DNA of 64,000 nt. It comes from Octopus sinensis. Taxonomy: Eukaryota. Below the pieces are notes generated by a model. That model did no database searches and was not told where the DNA came from. It was given only the letters and a program-made list of their open reading frames with translations. The stretch lies in NCBI RefSeq assembly GCF_006345805.1, contig NC_043001.1:105338001-105402000 (forward strand), written 5' to 3'. Positions 52,901 through 63,709 of the stretch are shown here, one piece after another; position 1 is the first letter of the stretch; every line of letters begins with the position of its first letter. A program made the position numbers and the translations under genes.

Positions 52901-53587
52901 CGCGCGCACAGACACACACGCACACACAGCACACACACACGTTAGCTTACAATGTCTGTCAACAATTGACACTGTCGTATATATTAGCGTGTCTATGTGT
53001 GTAAAGAGGAAGTGGGAGTGAAAAGTTAATATATTGAGTTTTCTCGAATTTTGTCATAATTGGGGGTGAAATTGAAAGAAATTTTGTATGGCATAACCGA
53101 ATGGAAGTACTTTGAAAAATCACAGGTAAACTCTAATTGAAGAAATTGTGTGAGGAGTAAATTGTTATGTATTTATTTGTTTCTGTTTGCTGTGTTTTTT
53201 TTAGTAGTGGTTTAAGGTACACTTGCAAAGAGAAAGTATGAGAAATTATGTTGATAGCATGAGTGATCCGTTTTATATAAATAGTTTCACTTTAATCGTT
53301 GCACACTTGCAAAGAGAAAGGAGGAGAAATTAGAGTGATAGCGTGAGTAAATCAGATCGCTCCGTTTTTGTGTGTGTGTGTGTGCGTGTGCTGTAGCCCA
53401 CACTAAGAAAAGCACTTCACTTACACACCACAATGTGAGTTTTCTCTAAATTTTGCTTAATTGGGGTTGAAATTTTAAAAACTGGACCTGGCAATGCTAG
53501 GTAAATTGTAATTGAAGAAATCCTATATTGTAGATTTCTATAAGATACAAAGGGAGGCAGATAAAATCTGCCTTTTATAATAAGAGA
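46969..53587 (-). mobile_element. Full-length autonomous-type Helitron (rolling-circle transposon)
   Basis: Minus strand begins A|TCTCTTATTATAAAAGG at 53587 and ends CCCGAGCAACGCCGGG hairpin + CAATTCTGCTAG|T at 46969: TC...CTAG termini between A and T, no TSD; encloses a Rep-helicase ORF. Confidence 0.93.
47711..52351 (-). CDS. Helitron Rep-helicase (HUH Y2 endonuclease + PIF1-family SF1 helicase), 1546 aa, intronless
   Basis: N-terminal PPKKRSR (NLS-like); Zn motif CQFCNAKKW..EPPAMCC; Rep motifs PDLFITFT, VEWQKRGLPHAHILLW, KYICKYVNKG; helicase motifs DAPGGTGKT, IVWDECTM, GDFRQTLPV, FAMSINKAQGQT, HGQLYVGCSRV. The native end is probably TKNIVYKEVL* at 47776, masked by a +1 frameshift. Confidence 0.97.
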   Translation of the reverse strand: MPPKKRSRLGRHTAAAATKKAKRSAINASAVAAQRASEDPQQRATRLATNAAVASYDAASTASDGSETRSKRSAINASAVAAQRASEDPQQRATRLATNAAATAASTFSTHSHDSDQQRSTFQRNSRRRGLTGRNRPYWHLRACKYEPNFNYSMHADINTGEMFFNCQFCNAKKWAGEPPAMCCLNGKVSLPPLRELPDPLKELLTGSTSRSSKFLQLIRKYNCAFQMTSFGANVVRETGWMPTFKVQGQVYHLIGSLQPLQNCKPSFLQIYFITDYNRQLDLRFDVIPQPANTNADNFDRDVLLTLQNMLHDHNSYIRSFKYALETAPSPTFTIVIDADKRPSGEHARRYNAPSCNEVAIVLHGEQHKQRDIVLQSRDSGLQRINETHRSYDALQYPLLFPYGEDGYHFGIPHHKPNEPSAATSKTVSCMAFYSYRFMTRHNNFNPLHRSRELFHQFAVDMVAKMESERLGFIKLNQKQLRSDSYIHLRDGIRNDTDARNIGKICILPSTYTGVPRYMHERTQDAMTYVRHYGRPDLFITFTSNPEWVEVTRELLPGQQYCHRHDIIARVFRQKLAKLILLIKKGQVFGPVNCHMYTVEWQKRGLPHAHILLWLVNKIDPTVLDDLIAAEIPDSTVDRQLYDIVKAHMVHGPCGPGFQKFSSCHKDHVCTKRYPKRFVDETQTGRDGYPLYRRRHPDNGGFTITLRGHQVDNRWVVPYCPILMKTFNAHINVEFCHSVKSIKYICKYVNKGSDAAMFGLQKDNSMDEVSQYMAGRYISSGEAFWRIFGFPLHQRHLAIIQLAVHLENGQRTYFTEQTAADLAANPKQTTLTGFFRLCQLDTFAKTLLYPHVPSYYVWSNNNCVRRKSGQDVEGHPGVKFNSCLGRVYTVPPNQHDCFHLRLLLHEVLGPQSFQDIRTVDGVLCDTFREACFRRRLLEDDSQWGATMAEGVLFKSPKKIRSLFAILLLWCDLANPASLWLTYKDDMSEDFLRHAQSLHPSMEVGYTDLIYNRALLEIEDTVLDMGGSALPVYGLPSTNREGTNTLSSHLLRETCFNVDVLAEYIADNEPKLIPEQKFAYNSVVNSVRAKAGDIFFLDAPGGTGKTFANKLILAEIRRTQGIALAVASSGIAATLLPGGRTAHFTFKLPLDLAKTETPTCNISNSSDQAEVFRRCKLIVWDECTMAHRGALEALDRSLRDIKHSSAPMGGITLLLSGDFRQTLPVIPKGTRADAVSACLKSSTLWPLVKTLKLHTNMRAHMRRDITSAAFSHTLLALGEGKIPGDENGNIAINSICTIVNTPSDLRDAVFPDLQANYQNMDWIGQRAILAPRNKTVHHINDEMLKLIPGDVYVYKSIDKTPDPDDVINYPIEVLNSFEPPGLPPHILKLKVGAPIILIRNLVPPKQCNGTRLIVKSLSPNLIEATIITGCGRGNVVLILRMHLFPSGADLPFIFRRSLFPVRPCFAMSINKAQGQTLSVTGIHLGEPCFSHGQLYVGCSRVGSNSDAFAFLPQRKTKKHCVQGGSIGLLRFIIFKHVSISLTYDSLL

Positions 53588-53630
53588 TTAATATATAGAA
53601 ATTATAAAAATAATAAAAATATATGCAGTA

Positions 53631-53712
53631 CAGTACTGTTTCTACTTCAAGGATTTTCAACTACCGCAAGGTGCTTTGGAACCTAACACACGCGACAGTC
53701 GAGGTATTAGTG
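53631..53712. mobile_element. pogo/Tigger-like MITE (degenerate copy)
   Basis: TA|CAGTACTG...GAGGTATTAGTG|TA; internal similarity to 55343-55426. Confidence 0.5.
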
Positions 53713-53759
53713 TACTTACAAACTTACCAGTCATAAGACTGGTAACGTTCTAGCTTACT

Positions 53760-53960
53760 CTTCTATTTGTTTCAGTCAGTTGAGTGCGGCCATGCTGGGG
53801 CACCGCCTTTAGTAGAACGAATCGATCCTAGTATGTATTCTTTGTGCGCTTAGTACTTATTCTATCGTTCTGTTTAGCCGAATCGCTAAGTTACGGGGAC
53901 ATAAACATACCAACACCAGTTTCCAAGCGATGGTGGAACGACAAATACAAACACACAAAC
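53760..53960 (-). mobile_element. Interspersed repeat family E with LINE-like tail (related copies 20820-21050 and 8900-9005)
   Basis: Shared GTTAC(G/A)GGGAC(A/G)TAAACA block; GTTTCAGTC..GGCCATGCTGGGGCACC end. Confidence 0.65.
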
Positions 53961-54293
53961 ACAAAACCATATATATGCAACATATAATATATAATATATA
54001 AACCATCAGACACTCACAATACAGATACACACGAGCAATGCAATGAACATATGAGAAACAGGCTTACCTTTGCGTTGAATACATCAGCAAGTAATGTATA
54101 TTTGGATACCAATTGATTTCACCCCCTGTATGACCAACGTATTCTGAGATCTTCAGTTGAAAATAGCATTTTAACATCTATTTCTAAAGTATTCACTACA
54201 TTAGCTCGTGTGCGATTCTTACTTTAAACGTCCTGCTCCTCTGTTTAAAAGAAAACTATCGTTAATAACGGTAATAATAAATCTTTATTTAAA

Positions 54294-54368
<75 letters not shown>

Positions 54369-54376
54369 GTGGTGTG

Positions 54377-54409
<33 letters not shown>

Positions 54410-54417
54410 CTGTGTGT

Positions 54418-54623
54418 TTACGACGGGCTACTTTCAGTTTCCGTTTACCAAATCCACTAACAAGGCTTCGGTCGGACCCAGGCTATATTGTAGAAGACAC
54501 TAAGGTGCCACGAGGCTATAGTGACATGCGGCTATAGTGTAGAAGACAGCAAGGTGCCACGCAGTGGAACTGAACCCGGAACTATGTGGTTGGGAAGCAA
54601 GCTTCTTACCACACAGCCACGCT
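54418..54623 (-). mobile_element. SINE family B with internal duplication
   Basis: Reverse complement of the family B consensus; GTAGAAGACA..AAGGTGCCACG duplicated. Confidence 0.78.
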
Positions 54624-55032
54624 TGCAAAATACAAAGATGTAAAAAAGAAAAGAAAACTCACAGACTTCATCAGAGTAGAGCTCGATATTTGCCACATCA
54701 AAAGAACTACCGTATTGTAGTTTTGATCATAGAGCGTTATCAAAGAAACACAATAATCTTGCATACATTATTATTTTGATAATGGAATCACTGGTGAAAC
54801 ATAATTCTTGGCAAAAGCTAATGCTTAATGGCTCCATGATGCGGCTTTTGAAGCGAAAAATTCGATGAAGTCAAACTTCTAAATGATTGCTACTTCTTCT
54901 AAACAAATAATTAACAACGGATATAATGTTCTTCTATACACGTAATTCTTTGTTTAAATTTAAGGATTCAGTAATCCTTCGCCATAACGCGGTTCACTTA
55001 TCCTGATTTATTATTTAAAGTTACGTCAAATG

Positions 55033-55242
55033 CAGCGAGCTGGCAGAATAGTTAGCGTAAGGGACGAAATGCTTAGCAGTATTTCGTCTCTCTTTACGTT
55101 CTGAGATCAAATTCCAGCGAGGTCTACTTTGCCTTTCATTTTTTCAGAGTCGATAAATTAAGTACGAATGAAACACTGGGGTCGGTATAATCGACTAGTT
55201 CCCACCCCACAAATTTGAGGCTGTGTGCCTCCAGTAGATAAG
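55033..55242 (+). mobile_element. SINE family A
   Basis: Head GCGAGCTGGCAGAATAGTTAGC and Meta-like core. Confidence 0.8.
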
Positions 55243-55342
55243 ATTATTTAAGCTTACGAAGACTGCTCGGTGGTGTTGTTTTCAATTTACAATATAATAA
55301 ATACATACAAATTATAAAGACAGGCAGTATATAAGAAATATA

Positions 55343-55426
55343 CAGTACTCTTTCTGCCTCGCGGATTTTCACTTATCACGGGTGGGAAATTGTAACGTAG
55401 CACCCGCGATAGTAGAGGGATTACTG
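55343..55426. mobile_element. pogo/Tigger-like MITE
   Basis: TA|CAGTA...TTACTG|TA, ~84 bp; related copy at 53631-53712. Confidence 0.6.
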
Positions 55427-55518
55427 TAATCATTTCGATGATAATTATACTCACCATACGTAAGTCAGTTTACGTATTCAATATAACATTCAGAACATTC
55501 ATTTACGTATAAAGTAAT

Positions 55519-55914
55519 CCTTACTACCCACAAGGGGCTAAACACAGAGGGGACAAACAAGGACAGATAAACGGATTAAGTTGATTACATCGACCCCAGT
55601 GCGTAACTGGTACTTAATTTATCGACCCCGAAAGGATGAAAGGCAAAGTGGACATCGGCGGAATTTGAACTCAGAACGTAACGGCAGACAAAATACCTAT
55701 TTCTTTACTACCCAGAAGGGGTTAAACACAGAGGAGACAAACAAGGACAGACAAACGGATAAAGTCGATCATATCGACGCCAGTGCGTAACTGGTACGAA
55801 AGGATGAAAGGCAAAGTGGACCTCGGCGGAATTTGAAGTCAGATCGTAACGATAGATGAAATACCGCTAAGTATTTCGCCCAGCGTACTAACGATTCTGC
55901 CAGCTCGTCGCCTT
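55519..55914 (-). mobile_element. SINE family A, internally duplicated
   Basis: Two core+tail units behind one head, same junction as 857-1236. Confidence 0.85.
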
Positions 55915-55929
55915 AATAGCAATAATAAT

Positions 55930-58900
55930 AAAATTTTCTACTCTTTTACGAAAATATTTGCCAAAAATTTTCCCCGAAAATTTTACGAAAGTTTTCGTCG
56001 AAAATTTTACCCAAAAATTCTTTGAAAATTTTCAACGAAAATTTTCTCGAAAAACTTTACGAAAATTTTTGCCGAAAATATTCCCCAAAAATTTTACGAA
56101 AATTTTCTTCGAAAATTTTACCCAAAAATTCTTTGAAAATTTTCAACGAAAATTTTCTCGAAAAACTTTACGAAAATTTTTGCCGAAAATATTCCCCAAA
56201 AATTTTACGAAAATTTTCTTCGAAAATTTTACCCAAAGGTTTTTCGAAAATTTCCCCCAAAAATTTCTCCTAAATTTTCACCGAAAATTTTACCCAAAAA
56301 TTTTTCGAAATTTTTCACTGAAACTTTTACCAAAAAATTTGTGGAAAATTTTCACCAGAAATTTTTTCCAAAAATTTTTCGAAAATTTTCACCAAAAACA
56401 TTTCCCAAAACTTTTCGAAAATTTTCACGGAAAATTTTCCCCAAAAATTTTTCAGCGAATTTGGCACCCCTGGCCTTCCATACTTTTTTATTTTCAGCAC
56501 CGCTGGCCTTCCATACTTTTTGATGTTGGCACCGCTGGCCTTCCATACTTCAAGATTTTGGCACCGCTGCCCTTCCATACTTCAAGATTTTGGCACCGCT
56601 GGCATTGTGATTTGTCGAAAATTTTTCCCAAAAATTTTTCGAAAATTTCCCCAAAAATTTTTACAGAAAATTTTATACAGAAATTTTTCACAAAAAATTT
56701 TTCGAAAATTTTGAAAATTTTCCCCAAAAGTATTTCGGAAATTTATGTTATGTCTAAAAATAGACATTTTGTTGGCTGCTGCTGCTTTCTGTGAATATAT
56801 AGAGTGAATTCTGGTTTACTACTGCAGTCAAGATGCCTCACCATCCACGATACACTAGTTTCTGCTTTACACTTAACAACTATGACGATGTCGACGTTTA
56901 TAGACCTCAGTATATGGTGCATATTCGTTATATGGTTTTTCGAAAATGATCATCGAAAATTTCACCCAAAATTTTTCGAAAATTTTCACAGAAAATATTC
57001 CTCAAAAATTTTTCGAATATTTTTGCCGAAAATTTTCCCCGATTTATGTTATGGCTAAAAATAAACCTTTAGTTGGCTGCTGCTGCTGCTTTCTGTGTAT
57101 ATATAGAGCGAATTCTGGTTTACTACTACAGTCAACATGCTTCACCATCAACGATACACCAGATTCTGCTTTACACGAAACAACTATGACGATGTGGACG
57201 TTTATGCATATGGAGAATATTCGTTTTATGGTTTACCCAAAAATAGATTTTTATGTGGCTGCTGCTGCTTTCTGTGTGTATATAGAGGGAATTCTGGTAT
57301 ACTACTACAGTCAAGATGCCTCACCATCCACGATACACCAGATTCTGCTTTACACTTAACAACTATGATGATGTTGACGTTTATAGATCTCAGCATATGG
57401 AGCATATTCGTTCTATGGTTTTTTGAAAATTTTCACACAAAATTTTCTGGTAAACATTTTTCGAAAATTTTCCCCAAAAATTTTTACGAAAAGTTTCACT
57501 GAAATTGTACGAAAAAATTTTTCGAAAATTTTGACCGAAAATTTTCCCCAACAATTTTTCGAAAATTTATTCAAAGGTTTTTCGAAAGTGTCCCCCAAAA
57601 ATTTTTCGTAAATTTTCACTGAAAATTTTAACCAAAAATTTTTCGAAATTTTTGCCGAAAATTTTCCACAAAATTTTTTCGAAATCTTTCACTGAAAATT
57701 TTACCAAAAAATTTTTCGAAAATTTTCACCAAAAATATTCTCAAAATTTTTCAAAAATTTACATCGAAAATTTTCCCCAAAAATCTTTCGAAAGTTTTCC
57801 CTAAAAATTTTGCCAAATGTTATGGCTAAAAATAGATTTTCATGTGGCTGCTGCTGCTTTCTGTGTATATATAGAGTGAATTCTGGTTTACTACTACAGT
57901 CAACAATGCCTCACCATCCACGATACATCAGATTCTGCTTTACACCAAACAACTATGACGATGTGGACGTTTATAGACCTCAGCATATGGAGCATATTCG
58001 TTCTATGGATTTTGAAAATTTTCACCGAAAATTTTCTGGTAAACATTTTTCCAAAATTTTCCCCAAAAATTGTCACCGATATTGGCACCACTGTCCTTCC
58101 ATACTTTGTGATTTTGGCACTGCTGGCCTTCCATATTTGTAATTTTGGCACAACTGGCTCTGTGATTTTTCGAAAATTTTCCTCAAAAATTTTTTCCAAA
58201 ATTTTCACCGAATATTTTCCCCAAAAAGTTTTCGAAAATTTTTACCGAAAATTTTCCCCATAGGTTTCTCGAAAATTTTCAACAAAAATTTTTCGAAAAT
58301 TTTCCCCAATAATTTTGCCAAAATTTTCACCGAAAATTTTACCGAAAAATTTTTCTAAAATTTTCACCGAAAATTTTCCGCAATAATTTTTCTATAATTT
58401 TCTAAAATTTTTTCGAAAATTATTTCAAAAATTTTCACCTAAAATTTTCCCCAAAATTTTTACAAAATATTCACTGCAATTTTACGAAAAAAGTATTCGA
58501 AAATTTTCACAGAAAATTTTCCCCCAAAATTTTTCGCCGATATTGGCACCGCTGTCCTTCCATACTTTGTGATTTTGGCACCGCTGGCCTTCCATAATTT
58601 GTTTTTATTGGCACCGCTGTCCTTCCATATTTGTAATTTTGGCACCACTGGCCTGGTGAATTTTCGAAAATTTTCCCCCAAAATTTTTCCAAAAATTTCA
58701 CCGAAAATTTTCCCCAAAGTTTTTCTGGAATTTTCACCAAAAATTTTTCGAAAATTTTCCCCAAGAATTCTGCCAAAATTTTCACCGAATATCTTCCCCA
58801 AAAATTTTTCTGAAATTTTCACTGAAAATTTTCCCCAAAAATTTTTCTGAAATTTTCACCGAAAATTTTTTTGAAAAAATTTTTGGAGAAAATTTTTGGT

Positions 58901-59530
58901 GAAAATTTTCCAAAAATTTTTTGGTAAAATTTTCAGTCAAAAATTTCGAAAAATTTTTGCCGAAAATTTTACAAAAAAATTTTACGAAAATTTTCGTCGA
59001 AAATTTATTCAAAGGTTTTTCAAAAGTTTCCCCAAAAAATTTTTCGAAGTTTTTCTCTTAAAATTTTACTAAAAAATTTTTCGAAAATTTTCACCAAAAA
59101 TTTTCTCCAAAAATTTTTCGAAAGTTTTCACCAAAAACATTCCCCAAAATTTTTCGAAAATTGTCACGGAAAATTTTCTCCAAATATTTTTCAAAAATTT
59201 GCATCGAGAATTTTTCCCAAAAATTTTTCACCGAATTTGGCACCGAAAATTTTCTCCAAAGGTTTTTCGAAAATTTTACCTAAAAATTTTTCGACGATTT
59301 TCCCCAAAAATTTTGCCAAAATTTTCACCGAAAATTTGCCCCAAAAATTTTTCGAAAATTTTCACGGTAGTTTTCCCCAAAAATTTTCCAAAAATTTTCA
59401 CAGAAAATATTACCCAAAAATTTTTCAAATAGTTTCACGAAATATTTTCCGAAAATTTTCACCGAAAATTTTTTCGAAAAACTTTTCGAAAATTTTCACC
59501 GAAAACTTTGGCACCCCTGGCCTTCCATAC
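55930..59530. repeat. Complex AT-rich satellite: GAAAATTTT(C) units with 27-28-bp and ~195-bp interspersed units
   Basis: Many CCAAAAATTTTTCGAAAATTTTC variants; TTGGCACCGCTGGCCTTCCATA clusters at 56460-56605, 58080-58160, 58543-58655; ~195-bp unit at 56745, 57045, 57226, 57818. Confidence 0.95.
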
Positions 59531-59762
59531 TATTTATTTACTACCCACAAGGGGCTAACCACAGAGAGGACAAACAAGGGCAGACAAACGGATTAAGTCG
59601 ATTATATCGACCCCAGTGCGTAACTGCTACTTAATTTATCGACCCCGAAAGGATGAAAGGCAAGGTCGAACTCGGCAGAATTTGAACTCAGAACGTAGCG
59701 GCAGACGAAATACCGCTAAGCACTTCGGCTGGCGTGCTAACGATTCTGTCAGCCCGGCGCCA
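59530..59762 (-). mobile_element. SINE family A
   Basis: Full head, core and tail in reverse orientation. Confidence 0.85.
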
Positions 59763-60029
59763 TTTCGAGATAGTATGATATATATGAATGAGTTAAATAT
59801 AAATACAGATTATGCTTCCGATTTGAAATCGGAAGAAATTGTGTTGGTGAGGTGAACTCTCTTACGTTTTAGTGATATATTATTAATTAGTAAGAGAGAA
59901 AGGAGTGGAAGGGAAATCAGGTAATTGTCGGTTTAGCTGGTTTTGAAAAAGAGAAGTCGGGAAAGAAAAGGGATGAAAAGTAAAGCCAAGGCGAGAAAAG
60001 CGGGAAGAGGAGGAAGACAAAGGTGAAAG

Positions 60030-60081
60030 CATAATGATGATGATGATGATGACAATGAAGAAGAAGGAAAAGAAGAAAAGG

Positions 60082-60124
<43 letters not shown>

Positions 60125-60770
60125 GAAGGAGAAGAAGAAGAAGAAGAAGAAGAAAAGAAGAAGAAGAAAAGAAGAAGAAAGAAGAAGAAGAGAAGAAGAA
60201 GAAGAAGAAGAAGAAGAAGAAGAAGAGAAGAAGAAGAAGAGAAGAAGAAGAAGAAAAGAAGAAGAAGAAAGAAGAAGAAGAAAGAAGAAGAAGAAGAAGA
60301 AGAAGAAGAAAGAAGAAGAAGAAGAAAGAAGAAGAAAGAAGAAAATAAGAAAAGAAGAAGAAGAAGAAATAGTAGAAGAAGGTGAAGAAGAAAAAGTAGA
60401 AGAAGAAGAAGAGAAGAAGAAGAAAAGAAGAAAATAAGAAAAGAAGAAGTAGAATAAAAAGAAGAAGAAGAAATAGTAGAAGAAGAAGAAGGAAACGAAG
60501 AAGTAGTAGTAAAAGAAGAAGAAGAAGAAGAAATAGTAGAAGAAGGTGAAGAAGAAAAAGTAGAAGAAGAAGAAGAGAAGAAGAAGAAAAGAAGAAAATA
60601 AGAAAAGAAGAAGTAGAATAAAAAGAAGAAGAAGAAATAGTAGAAGAAGAAGGTGAAGAAGAATTAGTAGAAGAAGAAGAAAGAGAAGAAGAAGAAAAGA
60701 AGAAAAGAAGAAGAAGAAGAAGAAGAAGAAGAAGAAGAAGAAGAAGAAGAAGAAGAAGAAGAAGAAGAAG
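60030..60770 (+). repeat. Compound (GAT)n/(AAT)n/(GAA)n polypurine microsatellite
   Basis: Direct inspection. Confidence 0.97.
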
Positions 60771-61341
60771 CATGTATTGGAAAAATGGAAATGGGTGTAG
60801 TTGTGAAGCAGATGCTAGAGCATATTTTAATTGAGAGTTAGGAGTGAAATTTGTGAAGAATGAAGATGTGGCATGCGTCATGTGTTGTGTGGATTTCATA
60901 TATTTTGTGCATTAAATGTTTGTCGGTTCGCCGCTATAAGTTTAACTTGTAGTTATCTTCGGTGGATATTATATTCTTTTTTATACAATGGAATTTTTTT
61001 TTCTTGTAGCATAATCATTTTCTGAATTTGATGTTCACACTTTGGAACAATTGTAAGATCATTTCTAGCATTTTTGTTGTCTGACGTACAGTAGAACAGG
61101 GTAAAAATTATTGCTGCTACAGGTGTACCATGAAGGACATCCTATACCAAATTATTTCTTAAGTTTTTTACGCTTTGCTCGAGTTCTAGGGCTATTTTCA
61201 GAGATGTAAGCCGGTGTGGTAGTTTCATACATATATTTAACTTAACTCGAATCCTATATTTTATGTGATTTATTGTAATATAGAGAAAATTTATCAAATG
61301 AATTATAGGAAAATCAATATATTCCTCGAAGAACGCTTTTA

Positions 61342-61996
61342 GAATTTGTTGATTTTTTTCTGGGTGGTTAGACGTCTTATAGATATAATTTTCTATTTCG
61401 TTGTTTTTTGAGGGGAGTAGAAAATGAAACGTTTAATCTAAGGATAAGATCTTGCTAGTTAAGTTCACGGAAAGAAAATTTCATTTTCTTACTAAATCCA
61501 TTGAAAGAATTATACCTGTAAGCAATCAACTATTTATGGTTTATTTTTGTAATAAAATTTGTTCATCTCTTTATACTACAAGTAGTGAGGTACACATATC
61601 ACATTAAGAAATTATCATTTTGCAACAAGATCAATTTTGTAGTATCCTTACATCATCTGCTTGAATTTTCGAATTTGTTGATTTCTTTCTGGGTGGTTAG
61701 ATGACTTATGGATATAATTTTCTATTTCGGTAGGTTCTTTTGAGGAAAGTAGAGAATGAAACGTTTAATCTAAGAACAACATCTTGCTAGTTAAGTTCCC
61801 GGAAAAGAAAAATTCATGTTCTTACTAAATCCATTGAAATGATTATACCTGTAAGCAATCAACTATTTATGGTTTATTTTCGTAATAAAATATGTTCATC
61901 TCTTTATACAAGTAGTGAGGTACATATATCACATTAAGAAATTATCATTTTCCAACAAGATCAATTTTGTAAGATCTTTATATCATCTGCTTGAAT
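61342..61996 (+). repeat. Tandem duplication of a ~329-bp unit
   Basis: GAATTTGTTGATTT.TTTCTGGGTGGTTAGA starts at 61342 and 61671; both units end TCATCTGCTTGAAT. Confidence 0.92.
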
Positions 61997-63709
61997 AACA
62001 ATATTAAATATCCAAAGGGAGTGCTAGAAGCGTCTAACATCGACATCGCCGTTTTAGGTGGTTTTGTTGCATATAGCAATGACCGGTTTCCGATGGCTGG
62101 ACAGATTATCTCACTGAATCATTGCATCCCTCAGGATTTTGTAATCTTCATTCTCGGTGACTCCTTCTGGGGTTTTCTCATACTACGTCTTTTCTTTTCG
62201 TAGGCTGTGATTTCCACAGAGGTTACAATCGATCATTCTTGAAACATTGTCATGCCGTCTTTTGTATTCGCCTTGTGCAAATTTTGGGTATTCGCTAACG
62301 ATATACTATAACGATTTCACTCCGTTCACCACATATTCTGCCTTTGTTACTGTCCGCAGGTTGGTCTATTCTGTACGTCACATAGTTGGTTTTAACGCTT
62401 GTTCTCGAGCTGTGCATGTGAGTGCTCCTGTCTCTATCTTCAGACTACTCTTCCTCGGGCTTTCTGAATCGTTATCACGCAAAACAAAACGCTTACATAT
62501 TCCGTCTCTTCGTTCTGAGATCAAATGTCGCTGCGACCAACGTTGCTTTATATCCCTTCGGATCCAATGAATACCAGTTAGTAGGTAATTGCGTACCAGT
62601 ATATTTCATTTTGACACTGTAAATTATTCATCAAGATAGCGAAAAAGATAATTTTCATAACATTTCCTATTGTGTTTCTTGTAGCGCAATTTCTTCACGA
62701 CCTGTCAAAAAGTTTCACCTTCGAATTGCTTATTAGTTCCACAGCAATTGTTATTACAGGTACCAAAACTATTATTCGGCAAAGTTGAGACCGGTAGTGG
62801 TTCGGATTTTTTTTTTTATTTCAGGACATATGATAAATCTGTACTGAAAATATAAAAATAACAACGATAAATAAAGAACAAAACTGTATAACATATACAA
62901 ATTAATACATTTATAAAGCAGAGTGTTTGTTTGATCGCTAATACGCCACTTAAAATTCTTAAAGTCTTGAATATTTTCTTTCGGGTTTCAACAAGCAAGC
63001 TGCCTTGTGCTGGCATTTTAGACATGGTAATGAATTAAAATTATAATGAATAAAGACAAATAACTACTTAAATGTGAGAAGAGGGCGTCCACACAGCAGC
63101 AGTCACACAGCAAATGGTATCGTGTGACGTAAACGCCTCGGAAGCCAAAACAAAACGGCCGCGCGCTGGGCTACTACAGCCTGCGAAATTCAAAGGTAGC
63201 CAGTTTCAAAAATAGTAGAATTTCTTGTAATTCCAGATTTCCAGATTCCGGATCAGAGGTTTGTTACCTGTAATCATTAAAAAAAGAATTGAATAATGCA
63301 GTCCTATTCTGATTGTAGACTCTTTAAGATTCAATTCTAACCTTGCTTAAATTTAATTTTATAAAATTAAACAAAAACACAAATGGTGCTTAAAATTGTT
63401 TTATGGACATCGTCGCATTCTTCCATACCTCTTTGAAGTCATCCCTTTTAGGAATCATGTAAAAAGTCCCAAGGTTATACTTTGAGCAAGAGAAAATCTA
63501 ATAAGTGCTACAAACGATGTAAAGGTTTTTTTGTTTGTTTTGGAATTGGAAATAATCGAATTTGCTGAATTTAAAGTTGATTTAAATGGCCGAATGAAAT
63601 ACAAATGGAAAATCTAAAAGAGACAGAAAATGGAAATTAGAAATAATTTGTAATCTTATGTTTTTGTTTGTAAAAGAAAAGGCCTTAGAGTCCATTTTTT
63701 CTTTACCTG

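Noticed and set aside
56460-56605. CRISPR-like 27-28-bp repeats
   Set aside because: Units are contiguous without unique spacers, no cas genes, eukaryotic satellite context
55958-59596. Overlapping KIF/ENF-rich ORFs in all frames
   Set aside because: Stop-poor satellite open on both strands
59883-60899. 338-aa Leu/Phe/Ser ORF and its Lys/Arg/Glu antisense ORF
   Set aside because: Products of the (GAA)n tract
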